Under the pieces are notes generated by a model that searched no databases, was not told where the DNA came from, and saw nothing but the letters and a program-made list of their open reading frames with translations. Position numbers and translations under genes: made by a program. 64,000 bases of DNA from assembly GCF_032444005.1 (NCBI RefSeq), contig NC_091285.1, positions 240,932,001-240,996,000 on the forward strand. Direction: 5' to 3'. Shown here piece after piece: positions 34,876 through 46,410 of the stretch. The first letter of the stretch is position 1; each line of letters begins with the position of its first letter. Source of the DNA: Ranitomeya imitator (lineage: Eukaryota).

Positions 34876-37800
34876 ATGTCCTTACACCTGCTTCAGACTG
34901 GGCGGCCTCAGCTGATCCCTTATTGCCTGCCACGGCCATGAGGCCGCACAGTCTGAAGAAGGCGGAAGGAGGGGAGTGAAGACAGGCGAACATATGCACT
35001 GCTCGTGCCCATCAATCACACCCTCGCAGTCAAAATATATGAGACAACGAGGGGCGTTGTGTCGGGCAGGGCGGACGCACAGGCACAGCGAGCCAACCAA
35101 TGATGTCTGAAGACGGGCAGCGCTAACAATGGGGGTGCTGCGTGTCATTAAAAAGGAAAGTCACACCTCAGGGACATTGTAATGGTCTCTAATGAGACAC
35201 ATTTTGTACGTGTTGACTTCCACGTGGGCAAGGAGAAAAAGTCAGCCACCTTGTACAAATGCAGCAGTACTGCTGTACAAGGTGGCTGTTATACATAGAA
35301 ACACCTGGGGGTGGGGGGCAGGGTCACTTCAATTTCAGTTCATGTGCCTGCGTGGCGTTTGCAGGACACGTTGCCAGCTACACAGCAGGGGAACAGCTGG
35401 CGTTGCTGAACCCCACTGACACATTGGCTGGTGTTTTTCTCTGTGCAGCTCGCATGTCCGGGCAAAAACTGGCGGTGTTCGAGCCCAGGGTCAGCAGGAG
35501 GAGGAGAGGAGCAAAGTGTAGGCCGAAGCCTGCACTGGTGGCAGCTTTTGGTCAGTTGTGCCAGCGTGGCTTGTGCTGGACACGATGCAGGCTACACAGC
35601 AGGGGAACAGCTGGCGGTGCTGAACCCCACTAACACATTGGCGGGTGTTTTTCTCTGTGCAGCTAGCAATTCCGGGCAAAAACTAGCATTTTTAGAGCCC
35701 AGGGTCAGCAGGAGGAGGAGAGGAGCAGAGTGTAGGCCGAAGCCTGCACTGGTGGCAGCTTTAGATCAGTTGTGCCAGCGTGGCTTGTGCTGGACACGAT
35801 GCCGGCTACACAGCAGGGGAACAGCTGGCGGTGCTGAACCCCACTAACACATTGGCGGGTGTTTTTCTCTGTGCACCTAGCACTTCCAGGCTACAACTGG
35901 CGGTGTTATAGCCCAGGGTCAGCAGGAGGAGGAGAGGAGCAGAGTGTAGGCCGAAGCCTAGTTGAACCAATTTCAAAGGTAACCTTTAACCCCCCCTCAG
36001 GTGTTGCAAGGTACAAGAGCCACACCTTGTGCATCATTAATGCTGCACAAGTAAAAGGTTGCTCTTTTAATTTTGCTCCTTGCACATGCTGAATAAAACA
36101 CGTACACTATTTAGCCCATTCTACTGTAGAACAGTAGTGGAGGCGTGACTTGTCTTTTTAAAGAAAAGCAGCACAGGTGTCGAAAATAACACCTTGGTGC
36201 ATGGGCGCAGCTTCCTGAGCATTGCTATTTGCTGTACAGGAGTCTGCGCTCTTGTTATCCCTTGGCCATGCGCTGTGAGCGCTTCCTGTCTTCTGACCTC
36301 ATTTCATGTTGCGTTGCGGTTAGCGATGGACATGAATCCCAGACCCACAGTGTGTTTTCTAAAAATCACACTGCGTGGCTGGGATTCGTGGCCTTGTGCA
36401 GTAAATATGTTTGCCGCTCACACATGTCCTTACACCTGCTTCAGACTGGGCGGCCTCATCTGATCCCTTATCGCATGCCGCGGTCATGAGGCCACCCAGT
36501 CTGAAGAAGGCGGAAGGAGATGAGTGAACACAGGCAAACATATGCACTGCACATGCCCATCAATCACATCCTCGTTGTCCAAAAAAATAAGACACAGAGG
36601 GGCGTTGTTTCGAGCAGGGCAGATGCACAGGCGCAGCCAGCTAACCAATGATGTCAAAACACGGGCAGCGCTAACAAGGATGGTGCTGCGTATCATTAGA
36701 AAGGAAAGTCACACCTCAGGGACAGTGGAATGGTCTCAATGAGACACATTTAGTACGTGTTTAATGAAACGTGGGCAAGGAGAAAAAGTCAGCCACCTTA
36801 TACAAATGCAGCAGTACTGCTGTACAAGGTGGCTGTTATACATAGAAACACCTGGGGGTGGGGGGCAGGCTTCCTTCAATTTCAGTTCATGTGCCTGCGT
36901 GGCGTTTGCAGGACACGTTGCCAGCTACACAGCAGGGTAACAGCTGGCGTTGCTGAACCCCACTGACACATTGACTGGTGTTTTTCTCTGTGCAGCTCGC
37001 ATGTCCGGGCAAAAACTGGCGGTGTTCGAGCCCAGGGTCAGCAGGAGGAGGAGAGGAGCAAAGTGTAGGCCGAAGCCTGCACTGGTGGGAGCTTTTGGTC
37101 GGTTGTGCCAGCGTGGCTTGTGCTGGACACGATGCCGGCTACACAGCAGGGGAACAGCTGGCGGTGCTGAACCCCACTAACACATTGGCTGTTGTTTTTC
37201 TCTGTGAAGCTCGCATTTCCGGGCAAAAACTAGCGGTGTTAGAGCCCAGGGTCAGCAGGAGGAGGAGAGGAGCAGAGTGTAGGCCGAAGCCTAGTTGAAC
37301 CAATTTCAAAGGTAACCTTTAACCCCCCCTCAGGTGTTGCAAGGTAGAAGAGCCACACCTTGTGCAGCATTAATGCTGCACAAGTAAAAGGTTGCTCTAT
37401 TTAGTTTGCTCCTTGCACACGCTGAATAAAACACGTATACTATTTAGCCCATTAAACTGTCAAACAGTAGTGGAGGCGTGACTTGTCTTTTTAAGGAGAC
37501 GCAGCACAGGTGTCAAAATTTACACCTAGGTGGTGGGCGCAGATTCCTGAGTGTTGTATTAGCTGTACAGGAGTCTGCGCTATTGTGATCCCTTGGCCAT
37601 GCGCTCTGAGCGCTGCCTGTCTTCTCACCTCATTTCATGTTGGCCGTTGCGGTTAGCAATGGATATGAATCCCAGGCCCACAGTGTGTTTTCAAAAAATC
37701 ACACTGCGTGGCTGGGATTCGTGGCCTTGTGCAGTAAATATGTTTGCCGCTCACACATGTCCTTACACCTGCTTCAGACTGGGCGGCCTCAGCTGATCCC

Positions 37801-40800
37801 TTATCGCCTACCACGGCCAGGAGGCCGCACAGTCTGAAGAAGGCGGAAGGAGATGAGTTAAGACAGGCGAACATATGCACTGCACATGCCCATCAATCAC
37901 ACCCTCGCAGCCAAAATATATGAAACGAGGGGGGTTGTGTCGGGCAGGGCGGACGCACAGGCACAGGCAGCCAACCAATGATGTCAGAAGACGGACAGCG
38001 CTACCAAGGGGGGTGGTGCGTGTCATTAAAAAGTAAAGTCACACCTCAGGGACATTGTAATGGTCTGTAATGAGACACATATTTTACGTGTTTAATTAAA
38101 CGTGGGCAAGTAGACAAAGTCAGCCACCTTGTACAAATGCAGCAGTACTGCTGTACTAGGTGGCTGTTATACATAGAAAGACCTGGGGGGGTGGGGCCAG
38201 GTTCCCTTTAATTTCAGTTCATGTGCCTGCCTGGCCTTTGCAGGTCACGTTGCCGGCTACACAGCAGGGGAACAGCTGGCGGTGCTGAACCCCACTAACA
38301 CATTGGCTGGTGTTTTTCTCTGTGCAGCTAGCACTTCCGGGCAAAAACTAGCGGTGTTTGAGCCCAGGGTCAGCAGGAGGAGGAGAGGAGCAGAGTCTAG
38401 GCCGAAGCCTGCACTGGTGGCAGCTTTTGTTCTGTTGTGCCAGCGTGGCTTGTGCTGGACACGTTGCCGACTACACAGCAGGGGAACAGCTGGCGGTGCT
38501 GAACCCCACTGACACATCACCTAGTGTTTTTTCTGTGTAGACAACACTTCCAGGTGGCAACTGACAGTGTTGAAACCCAGGGAATCAAAGAGGAGCAGAG
38601 TGTAGGCCGAAGCCTGCAGTGGAGCAAGTTGAAAGGGAACCTTTAACCCCCCCCCCCAGGCATTTGTTGCTGAAAGAGCCATCTTGTACAGCAGTAATAC
38701 TGCACATGGAAAATGGTGGTTTCGAAAATTATGCTCCTTGCAAACGCTGAAGTACACACTCATATAATGTGTCCCCTCACACCGTCAAACCATCCCGGAA
38801 GTGGGACTTTCCTTTGTAATGTGACACAGCACAGCCGTCATTCCAACCCCCTTGGTGCCGGGCGCCACCTCCTCAACGTTGTTTGGTTCTGTCACGGAGC
38901 CCGCGCTGTAATGTTATCCCTTGGCCATGCACAGTTAGCGGTGCCCGTCTTCTGACATCATGTAGGTGTCAGGCTGGCAGTGCCTGTGCGTCCAAGCTGC
39001 CCGAGATCCAACCTTGCAGTGTAATCTAATGTAGTCCCACTGCGGGCCAGGGATCCATGGGCATGCGCAGTGCATATCATCGCCTCTCACTCACCTCCTT
39101 CCTGCTTCTTCAGACTGTGCGGCGTCACGGCCGTGGCATGCTATTAGGGATCAGCTGACGCCGCCTAGTCTGAAGAAGCGTGAAGAAGGGGAGTGAGAGG
39201 CTAGTATATGCACTGCGCATGGCCATGGATACCAGGCCCACTGTGGGATCACATTAGACGACACTGCGAGGTGTGATTTTGGGCAGAGTGGACGCACAGG
39301 CGCAGCCAGGACGACAACAAATGATGTCAGAGGACGGGCAGCGCAAACTGTGCATGGCCAAGGGATAACATAACAGCGCAGGGTCCATGACGGAATCAAA
39401 CAACTCTAAGGAGGCAGCGCACGGTGCCAAGGAGGTAGCAATGACGGCTGTGCTGCGTCACATTACAAAGGAAAGTCCCACCTCCGGGACGGTTGGACGG
39501 TGTGAGGGGACACATTACATGAGTGTGTAGTTCAGCGTTTGCAAGGAGCATAATTTCAAGAGCGACCTTTCCCTTGTGCAGTATTAGTGCTGCACATGGT
39601 GGCTCTTTCAGTAACAAACGCCTAGGGGGGGGACAGGTCCCCTTACATTTTAGTTGTGCCAGCGTGGCGGTCGCATGACACGTTGCCGGATACACAGCTG
39701 GGGATCAGCTGACGTTACTGAACCCCAATAACAGAGGAGCGACTGTTGACTGTGCACACAGCACTTCCAGGCACCAACTGGCGGTGTTGGAGCCCAGGGA
39801 CAGCAGGAGGAGCAGATTGGAGGTATTGCCGCACACACAGCTGGGGATCAGCTGACGTTACTGAACCCCAATAACAGAGGAGCGACTGTTGACTGTGCAC
39901 ACAGCACTTCCAGGCACCAACTGGCGGTGTTAGAGCCCAGGGACAGCAGGAGGAGCAGATTGGAGGTATTGCCGCACACACAGCTGGGGATCAGCTGACG
40001 TTACTGAACCCCAATAACAGAGGAGCGACTGTTGACTGTGCACACAGCACTTCCAGGCACCAACTGGCGGTGTTAGAGCCCAGGGACAGCAGGAGGAGCA
40101 GAGGAACAGAGTGTAGGCCGAAGCCTGATTGGAGCAAGTTGAAAGGGAACCTTTAACCCCCCCCCCAAGACGTTTGTAGCTGAAAGAGCCATCTTGTGCA
40201 GCACTAAGGATGCAAAAGGAAAAGGTGGTTCTTTTAATTATGCTCCTTGCAAACACCGAAGTAAACACTAAAAATGTCCCGGAGGTGCGAATTTCCTTCG
40301 TAATGGGACACAGCACAGCTGTCATTCCTATCCCCTTGGTGCCGTGCGCTGCCTCCTCAGCGTTGTTTTAAGCTGTCACGGAGCCTGCGCTGTTCTGTTA
40401 GCCCTTGGCCATGCCCAATTAGCGCTGCCTGTCTTCTGACATAATTTGGTGTCAGGCTGTCAGTGCCTGTGCGTCCACGCTGCTCCAGATCCCACCTCGC
40501 AGTCTCGTCTAACGTAATCCCACTGCGGGCCTTGGAACCATGGGCATGCACAGTGCATATCCTCGACTCTCACTCCCCTCCTTCCCTCTTCTTCAGACTG
40601 TGCGGTGTCACGGCCGTGGCATGCTATTAGGGATCAGCTGACGGCGCACAGTCTAAAGAAGGCGGAGGGAAATGAGCGAGACCCCGAGGGGAAGATATGC
40701 ACTGCGCATGCCCATGGATCCCAGGCCCACAGTGTGACTCAATCAGAAGACACTGCGAGGCGGGATCTCGGGCAGCGCGGCCGCACAGGCGCAGCCAGCC

Positions 40801-41352
40801 TGACACCAAATTATGTCAGAAGACAGGCAGCGCAAATAGGGCATGCCCAAGGGATAACAGAACAGCGCAGGCTCCGTGACAGCTTAAAACAACGCTGAGG
40901 AGGCAGCGCATGGCACCAAGGGGGTAGGAATGACGGCTGTGCTGCGTCACATTACGAAGGAAAGTCCCAGCTCCGGGACAGTATAACGGTATCAGTGACC
41001 ACATTTTATAAGTGTTAAGTTCTGCGTGTGCAAGGAGCTAAAAAAAAAGAGCTACCTTTTCCTTGTGCAGCATTACTGCTGCACAAGATGGCTCTTTCAG
41101 TAACAAACGACGGGGGGGGGACAGGTTCCCTTACATTTAGGTTGTTGTGCCAGCGTGGCGGTCACAGGACACATTGCCGGCTACACAGCTGGGGATCAGC
41201 TGACGTTACTGAAACCCAATAACACTGGGTCGTATGTTTTTACTGTGCAGCCTGCACTTCTGAGCCGCAACTGGCGGTGTTGGAGCCCAGGAATAGCAGT
41301 TCAGGTGGTAGAAAGATGAACACAGCAGGAGACCTGGATGACACCCAATTAC

Positions 41353-44300
41353 TTAATCAGGCAGAGGAGTGGCAAATTCCTGCGAGATCCAGGCCTGGTT
41401 CATTTTCAGGAAAGTAAGCCGGTCAATGTTATCGGAGGATAGTCGCATGCGACGGTCTGTTAGTACACCACCTGCGGCACTAAAGACACGTTCCGATAAG
41501 ACACTAGCCGCAGGGCAAGCCAGCACCTCCAATGCATACTGGCTTAGCTCTGGCCATGTATCCAGCTTAGAGACCCAAAACTTGAACGGGGAAGAGCCGT
41601 CTGGGAGTACAGTAAGAGGGCATGCCATGTAGTCTGTCACCATCTGACGGAACCGTTGCCTCCTGCTGACTGGAGCCGCCGGTGATGGTGTAGACATTTG
41701 GGGCGGGCACACAAAAGTGTGCCAGAGTTGTGCCATACTGGGCTTGCCTTGGGCAGAGGCACTGCTTCTGCACCCTCTTTGGGCAGAGCCTCCCCCACTG
41801 CCTCGACGCACTGAGCTGCTTTGTAAAGCACTAGCAGCACTCCTCTCAGTTGGACAGGAGAAGATGATGGAATTCACCAGTGTGTCGTGGTACTCCCGCA
41901 ATTTACGCTCCCGGGTCAACACAGGGATGAGGTTCTGGACGTTGTCCCGGTAGCGAGGATCGAGGAGGGTGAACACCCAATAATCAGGCATGTTGAGAAT
42001 GTGGTCGATGCGGCGGTTGTTTCTCAGGCACTGCAGCGTGAAATCCACCATGTGCTGCAGAGTGCCAACTGGCCCAGAAACGCTGTCCCCTGCTTGAGAC
42101 ATGATCTCTGCCCGCTCGTCATCACCCCACCCTCGCTGTACACACTGACCACTGGACAATTGTGTCGCTCCCTCCTCTGGACGGAGCTCTTCCTCCTCCA
42201 TTGACTCCTCCTCATCCTCCTCACAAATTGGCCCCTGCGTACCCCTTTGTGAGGAACCACGTGGTGCTGACTCTCCAGAAGCTGATGGAAAAGGTGACTC
42301 CTCATCCTCCACCTCTTCCACAACATCATCCCTTAACCCTTGCAAAGTTTGCTGAAGCAGGCAGATAAGGGGGACAGTCATGCTGACTAGTGCATCATCT
42401 GCACTTGCCATCCGCGTGGAATAATCAAAAGGACGCAAAACCTGGCAGACGTCCTTCATAGTGGCCCACTCTATGGTTGTGAAGTCTGATCGGCGCTGAC
42501 TGCGACTTCTTTGCGTCTGATGCAGCTGGTACTCCATAACTGCTTGCTGCTGCTCACACAACCGCTCCAACATATGTAACGTGGAATTCCACCGGGTAGG
42601 TAGGTCACATATGATGCGGTGTTCCGGAAGGCGGAATCGGCGCTGCGGAGCAGCAATGCGGGATCTGGCCAAGCTGGAACGCCGCAAGTGAGCACACTCT
42701 AGGCGGACCTTGTGCAGCAGGGCATCAAGATCCGGATAGTCCCTCAGAAAACTCTGCACAACCAAATTGAGCACATGTGCCAGACATGGGATGTGAGTGA
42801 GGTTGCCAAGGGCCAAAGCTGCCACCAGATTTCGGCCATTGTCACACACTACCATGCCTGGCTGGAGATTCGCTGGCAGTAACCACACATCGCTCTCCTG
42901 CTTGATGGCATTCCAGAGCTCCTGCGCTGTGTGGCTTCGATGCCCCAATGAAACTAGTTTCAAGACGGCCTGCTGACGTTTGGCCACGGCTGTGCTCATG
43001 TCGGTCATAGGTAAACGTTCACGGGTCCATGTGGAGGTGGACTGTGACGGATCCTGCAGAGAGGAATCTGAGGAACTGGTGTAAGAGGAGGAGTCGATGC
43101 GTACAGACTGGATTCCTGCAATCCTTGGAGTGGGCAGGACACGTCCTGCGCCACTCGCACGATCTGTACCTGGCTCAACAACATTAACCCAATGGGCAGT
43201 GAGGGAAACATATCGCCCCTGTCCATGCTGACTGGTCCACGCATCGGTGGTGAGGTGGACCTTGCTACTGACGGCGTTCAGTAGCGCATGTTTTATGTTT
43301 GCCTCAACATGCCTGTGCAGGGCAGGGACAGCCTGCCTGCTGAAGTAAAAGCGGCTGGGCACCTTGTACTGTGGGACTGCCAATGCCATCAAGTCACGGA
43401 AGCTGTCAGTCTCCACCAGCCTGAACGAGAGCATTTCCAGGGACAAAAGTTTGGCAATACCTGCATTCAGAGCCTGTGCTCGGGGGTGGTTGGCCGAGAA
43501 TGCCCGCCTTTTCTCCCATGCCTGTACTACCGATGGCTGTAGAGTAGACTGGGAGTGTGAGGATGACTGGGAAGGTGGTGCTGTGGGTGGAATTACACAA
43601 GGTCTATGGACAACAGTGCCAGAGGTTCTTCCATGGCGATCCTGGGAGGAAGCCAAACCAGCTGTGCGTGAGCTGGAGGAAGAGGCAACACGAGCTGAAG
43701 AGGTGGTAGCTGCCACTGTTGGTTGGCCTACATCTTCAGTCTGTTTCTGTAACTCCACCGCGTGCCTGGTCCGCACATGTTTCCACATATTTGTGGTATT
43801 GAGGTTGCTGACATTTTTCCCTCTTTTTACTTTCTGATGACACAGCTTGCATTTGACAAAACAAATGTCATCTGCAACTGTGTCAAAAAAGGACCAGGCA
43901 CTGCAAGTCTTGGGAGCGCCCTTTTTGGCTTTGGAAAGAGACAGGCTCCTAACGGGTGCCAAAGTGGAGGCTACAGGCTCCGCAGTCTTCCCCCTCCCTC
44001 TCCCTCTTTGGCCCGTAAGGGTAAGCTCTTCCTCAGAGCTGCTCCCACCACCTTCCTGTTCCTCACGCCACGATGGGTCAAGGACCTCATCATCTCCACT
44101 ACCCTCTGCCACCAACTGCTCCTCCTGGGTAGTCTCGGCAGCACAGTACGCATCAGAAAGCGGCACCTGAGTTTCATCATCAGATGCGTACTGCGCTGTG
44201 GTCGCCGGAGGCACTGGCCCACCTGCCTCTTCAGAGTCAGAGAGAAAAAGCTGTTGGGCATCACTGCACACTGCCTCTTCTTCCATTTCTCCAATGCTGC

Positions 44301-44697
44301 TTGGCTGGCCCCCTGTTTTCAAGCCAAGAGATTCAGAGAACAGAAGTAGAGACGGCTCCTGTCCTGGGCTCTCTGACTGCCTGGCCAATTTGGCAGGTGG
44401 TGAAGAGACAGATGGCTGCTCTCCAGTGCTCTGTGCCTGAGAGGATGTGGCACTAACTGAAGTCGATGCCGAGGCGTTAGCTGCCATCCACCCGACAACG
44501 GCTTCAATTTGGTCTTCACGCAGCAGCGGTGCACGGCGCTCTCCGACAAAGCTGCGCATGAAGGACTGTTCCCTGCTGAAACTGAGTGACGACGAGTCAC
44601 CGGCGCCTGCAGCAGGCACAGAATCACCACGTCCTCTCCCTGCTCCTCTCCCTGCTCCGCGCCCACGCCCACGTGCCTTACTCCCTGCCCTCTTCAT
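41353..44697 (-). CDS. hAT transposase with BED zinc finger (1114 aa, intact)
   Basis: BED finger AWSFF..KCKLC..NTTNMWKHVRTRH; VHLTTDAWTS (D), VVCDNGRNL (D), PCLAHVLNL (CxxH), DLPTRWNST and CPAASVLSERVFSAAG (E, dimerisation domain). No stops. Confidence 0.96.
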   Translation of the reverse strand: MKRAGSKARGRGRGAGRGAGRGRGDSVPAAGAGDSSSLSFSREQSFMRSFVGERRAPLLREDQIEAVVGWMAANASASTSVSATSSQAQSTGEQPSVSSPPAKLARQSESPGQEPSLLLFSESLGLKTGGQPSSIGEMEEEAVCSDAQQLFLSDSEEAGGPVPPATTAQYASDDETQVPLSDAYCAAETTQEEQLVAEGSGDDEVLDPSWREEQEGGGSSSEEELTLTGQRGRGRGKTAEPVASTLAPVRSLSLSKAKKGAPKTCSAWSFFDTVADDICFVKCKLCHQKVKRGKNVSNLNTTNMWKHVRTRHAVELQKQTEDVGQPTVAATTSSARVASSSSSRTAGLASSQDRHGRTSGTVVHRPCVIPPTAPPSQSSSHSQSTLQPSVVQAWEKRRAFSANHPRAQALNAGIAKLLSLEMLSFRLVETDSFRDLMALAVPQYKVPSRFYFSRQAVPALHRHVEANIKHALLNAVSSKVHLTTDAWTSQHGQGRYVSLTAHWVNVVEPGTDRASGAGRVLPTPRIAGIQSVRIDSSSYTSSSDSSLQDPSQSTSTWTRERLPMTDMSTAVAKRQQAVLKLVSLGHRSHTAQELWNAIKQESDVWLLPANLQPGMVVCDNGRNLVAALALGNLTHIPCLAHVLNLVVQSFLRDYPDLDALLHKVRLECAHLRRSSLARSRIAAPQRRFRLPEHRIICDLPTRWNSTLHMLERLCEQQQAVMEYQLHQTQRSRSQRRSDFTTIEWATMKDVCQVLRPFDYSTRMASADDALVSMTVPLICLLQQTLQGLRDDVVEEVEDEESPFPSASGESAPRGSSQRGTQGPICEEDEEESMEEEELRPEEGATQLSSGQCVQRGWGDDERAEIMSQAGDSVSGPVGTLQHMVDFTLQCLRNNRRIDHILNMPDYWVFTLLDPRYRDNVQNLIPVLTRERKLREYHDTLVNSIIFSCPTERSAASALQSSSVRRGSGGGSAQRGCRSSASAQGKPSMAQLWHTFVCPPQMSTPSPAAPVSRRQRFRQMVTDYMACPLTVLPDGSSPFKFWVSKLDTWPELSQYALEVLACPAASVLSERVFSAAGGVLTDRRMRLSSDNIDRLTFLKMNQAWISQEFATPLPD

Positions 44698-44910
44698 CTT
44701 GGTTGACAGATAAAGATAAGCAGAAAAGTACTAAGGCCTTAGTGTGCTTATTCCTGAAATGCTCCTCCTAACAGGTGTAAGAAACACTAATGTTGTAAAG
44801 TGTGGACTAAACTTTAATATTTTTCAAATGTGGCCTACACAAGTGTTAAGTTGTGTTTGGTGAACTTTATTTTTTTTTTGTGCAGATCGGGCTACAGAGC
44901 TAGTTTAAAT

Positions 44911-45860
44911 CACACGGAGACCGTGCAGACAGCCGTAAATGGCGCTGCAAGGCCAAAAAACCCTCCTCTAGGTTATCCTATGTAGTGTTTTTCCACTATT
45001 TAGCTGGAGACGGGTGGAAAAACACTAATAGGGAATTTTTTTTTAAATTTTTAAACAGGCTGCACTATTTGAAAAAAAGGAAATTTTTTCTCAAGGTATG
45101 AGGCAGTAACGAACCCTGAGCTGAATCCAACCGGCTATGGCTGCACACAGACTACAGGGCGAGCTGGGCTCACACGGAGACCGTGCAGACAGCCGTAAAC
45201 GGCGCTGCAAGGCCCAATAAACCCCCTCTAGGTTATCCTATGTAGTGTTTTTCCACTATTTAGCTGGAGACGGGTGGAAAAACACTAATATGGAATTTTT
45301 TTTTAAATTTTTAAACAGGCTGCACTATTTGAAAAAAAGTAAAATTTTTCTCAAGGTATGAGGCAGTAACGAACCCTGAGCTGAATCCAACCGGCTATGG
45401 CTGCACACAGACTACAGGGCGAGCTGGGCTCACATGGAGACCGTGCAGACAGCCGTAAACGGCGCTGCAAGGCCCAAAAAAAACCCTCTAGGTTATCCTA
45501 TGTAGTGTTTTTCCACAATTTAGCTGGAGACGGGTGGAAAAACACTAATAGGGAATTTTTTTTTTAAATTTTTATACAGGCTGCACTATTTGAAAGAAAG
45601 GAAAATTTTTCTCAAGGTATGAGCCAGTAACGAACCCTGAGCTGAATCCAACCGGCTATGGCTGCACACAGACTACAGGGCGAGCTGGGCTCACACGGAG
45701 ACCGTGCAGACAGCCGTAAACGGCGCTGCAAGGCCCAAAAACCCCCCTCTAGGTTATCCTATGTAGTGTTTTTCCACAATTTAGCTGGAGACGGGTGGAA
45801 AAACACTAATAGGAAATTTGAGAAAAAATGTGCAGCAGGCTGCACAATGAGCAAAAAAGG
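44911..45860. repeat. 260-bp tandem repeat, about 3.6 units, upstream of the transposase
   Basis: Anchor CACA(C/T)GGAGACCGTGCAGACAGCC at 44911, 45171, 45431 and 45692. Confidence 0.95.
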
Positions 45861-45939
45861 ACAACTGTGTGAGGCAGTGTGAACCCCCCCTGAGCTGAAT
45901 ACAACCGGGTATATGGCTGCACACAGACTACAGAGTGAG

Positions 45940-45942
<3 letters not shown>

Positions 45943-45970
<28 letters not shown>
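45943..45970. repeat. (CA)14 microsatellite
   Basis: Directly visible. Confidence 0.98.
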
Positions 45971-45973
<3 letters not shown>

Positions 45974-46149
45974 ACCTTGCAGAACGCTGTTAAAACATCG
46001 CTGCAAGGCAAGAGCAAGGTGAACAGTGAAGAACACACAGCGTTTTGCTAAATTAGCCTTTGGAAAGGAAAATAAAGCAATTAGCTAGCTCAACTGGCCC
46101 TCAGTTAGAACACAGCGTCCTGTCCCTAACTGAAATCACAGCAGAGTGA

Positions 46150-46290
46150 GCGCAAAATGGCGGCAGCGTTTTTTATAGTGCAGAGTGACATCATTTCAGC
46201 AGCCAATCACAGCCTTGCCAGTACTTACATGCCCACCATGCTAAACAGGATGTGCCCACACTTCCAATCATTCCTCATTGGCTGCTGCGT
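46150..46290 (-). promoter_or_regulatory. Putative transposase promoter region
   Basis: YY1-type AAAATGGCGG at ~46153, AGCCAATCA at 46201, CATTGGCT at ~46276, local CpGs; lies between the right TIR and the ORF. Confidence 0.35.
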
Positions 46291-46312
46291 TCAGTTTGAA
46301 TTCTGGGAACTT

Positions 46313-46410
46313 CCGATTCCGGTATCCGATACGCGGGAAGTATCGGAATTCAGTATCGGAATTCCGATACCGCAAATATCGGCCGATACCCGATACTTGC
46401 GGTATCGGAA
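46313..46410. repeat. Right subterminal CCGATA/TATCGG cluster
   Basis: About eight CCGATA(C) or GTATCGG motifs mirroring the left-end cluster. Confidence 0.75.

Larger units (their letters stand above)
26210..41340. repeat. Array of eight ~1.1-1.5-kb palindromic units derived from a T2-type MITE, with 160-215-bp spacer repeats
   Basis: Left ends AAAGG(T/G)AACCTTTAACCCC at ~26493, 27613, 28735, 33520, 35976, 37308, 38633 and 40142. Right ends GGGGG..CAGG(T/G)TCCCTT at ~27385, 28505, 32860, 35320, 36865, 38195, 39635 and 41121. Each unit has a central CTTCAGACTG..CAGTCTGAAG hairpin. Confidence 0.8.

Noticed and set aside
26955-40665. Hammerhead ribozymes in the CTGAAGA-containing hairpins
   Set aside because: No downstream GAAA core or helix III; the CTGAAG is just one arm of the MITE palindrome.
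22950-41220. CRISPR-like array (short repeats with spacers)
   Set aside because: The 'spacers' are themselves repeated and homologous, there are no cas genes, and the DNA is vertebrate.
41353-44697. Domesticated ZBED host gene
   Set aside because: It lies within intact TIRs and a TSD, so a transposon ORF is the simpler reading.
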